DNA of 63,960 nt, the filler included, from Octopus bimaculoides (Eukaryota): assembly GCF_001194135.2 (NCBI RefSeq). It is 7 parts of 6 records of this genome, joined end to end, with 100 filler letters (N's around TTAATTAATTAA, not from the genome) between each part and the next. Parts side by side here need not be neighbours in the genome. Positions count along the whole stretch, not along the records: positions 61,583 to 63,960 come from NW_026307264.1; 6 more parts are not named here. One strand, 5' to 3'. A program made the position numbers and the translations under genes. The notes below the pieces were generated by a model that was not told the origin of the DNA, ran no database searches, and saw nothing but the letters and a program-made list of their open reading frames with translations. Of the stretch, positions 63,195 through 63,960 are shown piece by piece (position 1 is the first letter of the stretch; every line of letters starts with the position of its first letter).

Positions 63195-63553
63195 CTCTGT
63201 GGCTGCATGGTAAGTAGCTTGCTTACCAACCACATGGTTCCAGGTTCATTCCCACTGCGTGGCATCTTGGACAAGTGTCTTCTACTATAGCCTCAGGCCC
63301 ACCAAAGCCTTGTGAGTGGATTTGGTAGACCGAAACTGAAAGAAGCCCGTCGTTTATATGTATATATATGCATATGTATGTGTGTGTATATGTTTGTGTG
63401 TCTGTGTTTGCCCCCCCCCCAATCGCTTGACAACCGATGGCGGTGTGTTTACGTCCCCGTAACTTAGCGGTTCGGCAAAAACGATAGAATAAGTACTAGG
63501 CATACAAAGAATAAGTTCTGAAGTCGATTTCCTCGACTAAAGGCGGTGCTCCA
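63195..63553 (+). mobile_element. SINE family A, near full length (reference copy)
   Basis: A-box-like tggctgcatggtaag, B-box-like ggttcattccc, CORE-like cttggacaag, internal (TA/TG)n and 3' taaaggcggtgctcca. Confidence 0.85.
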
Positions 63554-63778
63554 TATATNNNNNNNNNNNNNNNNNNNNNNNNNNNNNNNNNNNNNNNNNN
63601 NNNNNNNNNNNNNNNATATATATATATATATATATATAGGAAATAGATTTTGAAACTGTGTCTGTGTTTGAAATGCTTACATAAATACTAATGATGCATG
63701 TGCTATACTGTTGGGATACATATTCTTATCGTGAAGTATTTTACTCACAAAACATACCAACCCATATACATGTCTATG

Positions 63779-63811
<33 letters not shown>

Positions 63812-63927
63812 TTGTATCCTTCCATCCATCCATCCATCCATTCATCCGCCTATCTTTCAATCTATCCATCTATCTATCTGTCTGTCTATCTATCGATCGA
63901 TCATATATCTAGTTTTATATATATAAA

Positions 63928-63960
<33 letters not shown>

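Overview
This is AT-rich, repeat-dominated eukaryotic DNA from a gapped draft assembly, with many N runs and six N-TTAATTAATTAA-N scaffold spacers. From recalled repeat sequences, the tRNA-derived SINE families and non-LTR retrotransposons resemble those of Octopus (a coleoid cephalopod); this is an inference, not a database result. Most of the window is microsatellite, three SINE families, and decayed LINEs (RLE-type R4/Dong-like, CR1/L2, Tx1/L1, RTE, Penelope-like). It also holds DNA-transposon relics and MITEs (hAT, Tc1/mariner, piggyBac, Helentron-like). Nearly all ORFs in the supplied track are microsatellite, N-gap or transposon artefacts. The one well-supported host gene signal is a + strand spliced pair of phase-compatible exons (25622-25758 and 27119-27299). 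They encode the C-terminus of an unrecognised protein that ends in a GPI-anchor-like hydrophobic tail, and a candidate start/signal-peptide exon lies at 17608-17735. Other points of interest are an RLE retrotransposon family tied to (TACA)n, including a 77-bp self-insertion with a 16-bp TSD, and several long fold-back structures. There is also a tRNA-like cloverleaf followed by oligo-T, and two paralogous decayed coding relics I cannot assign. I found no CRISPR array, no rRNA, and no demonstrably new biological system; the leads below are hypotheses.
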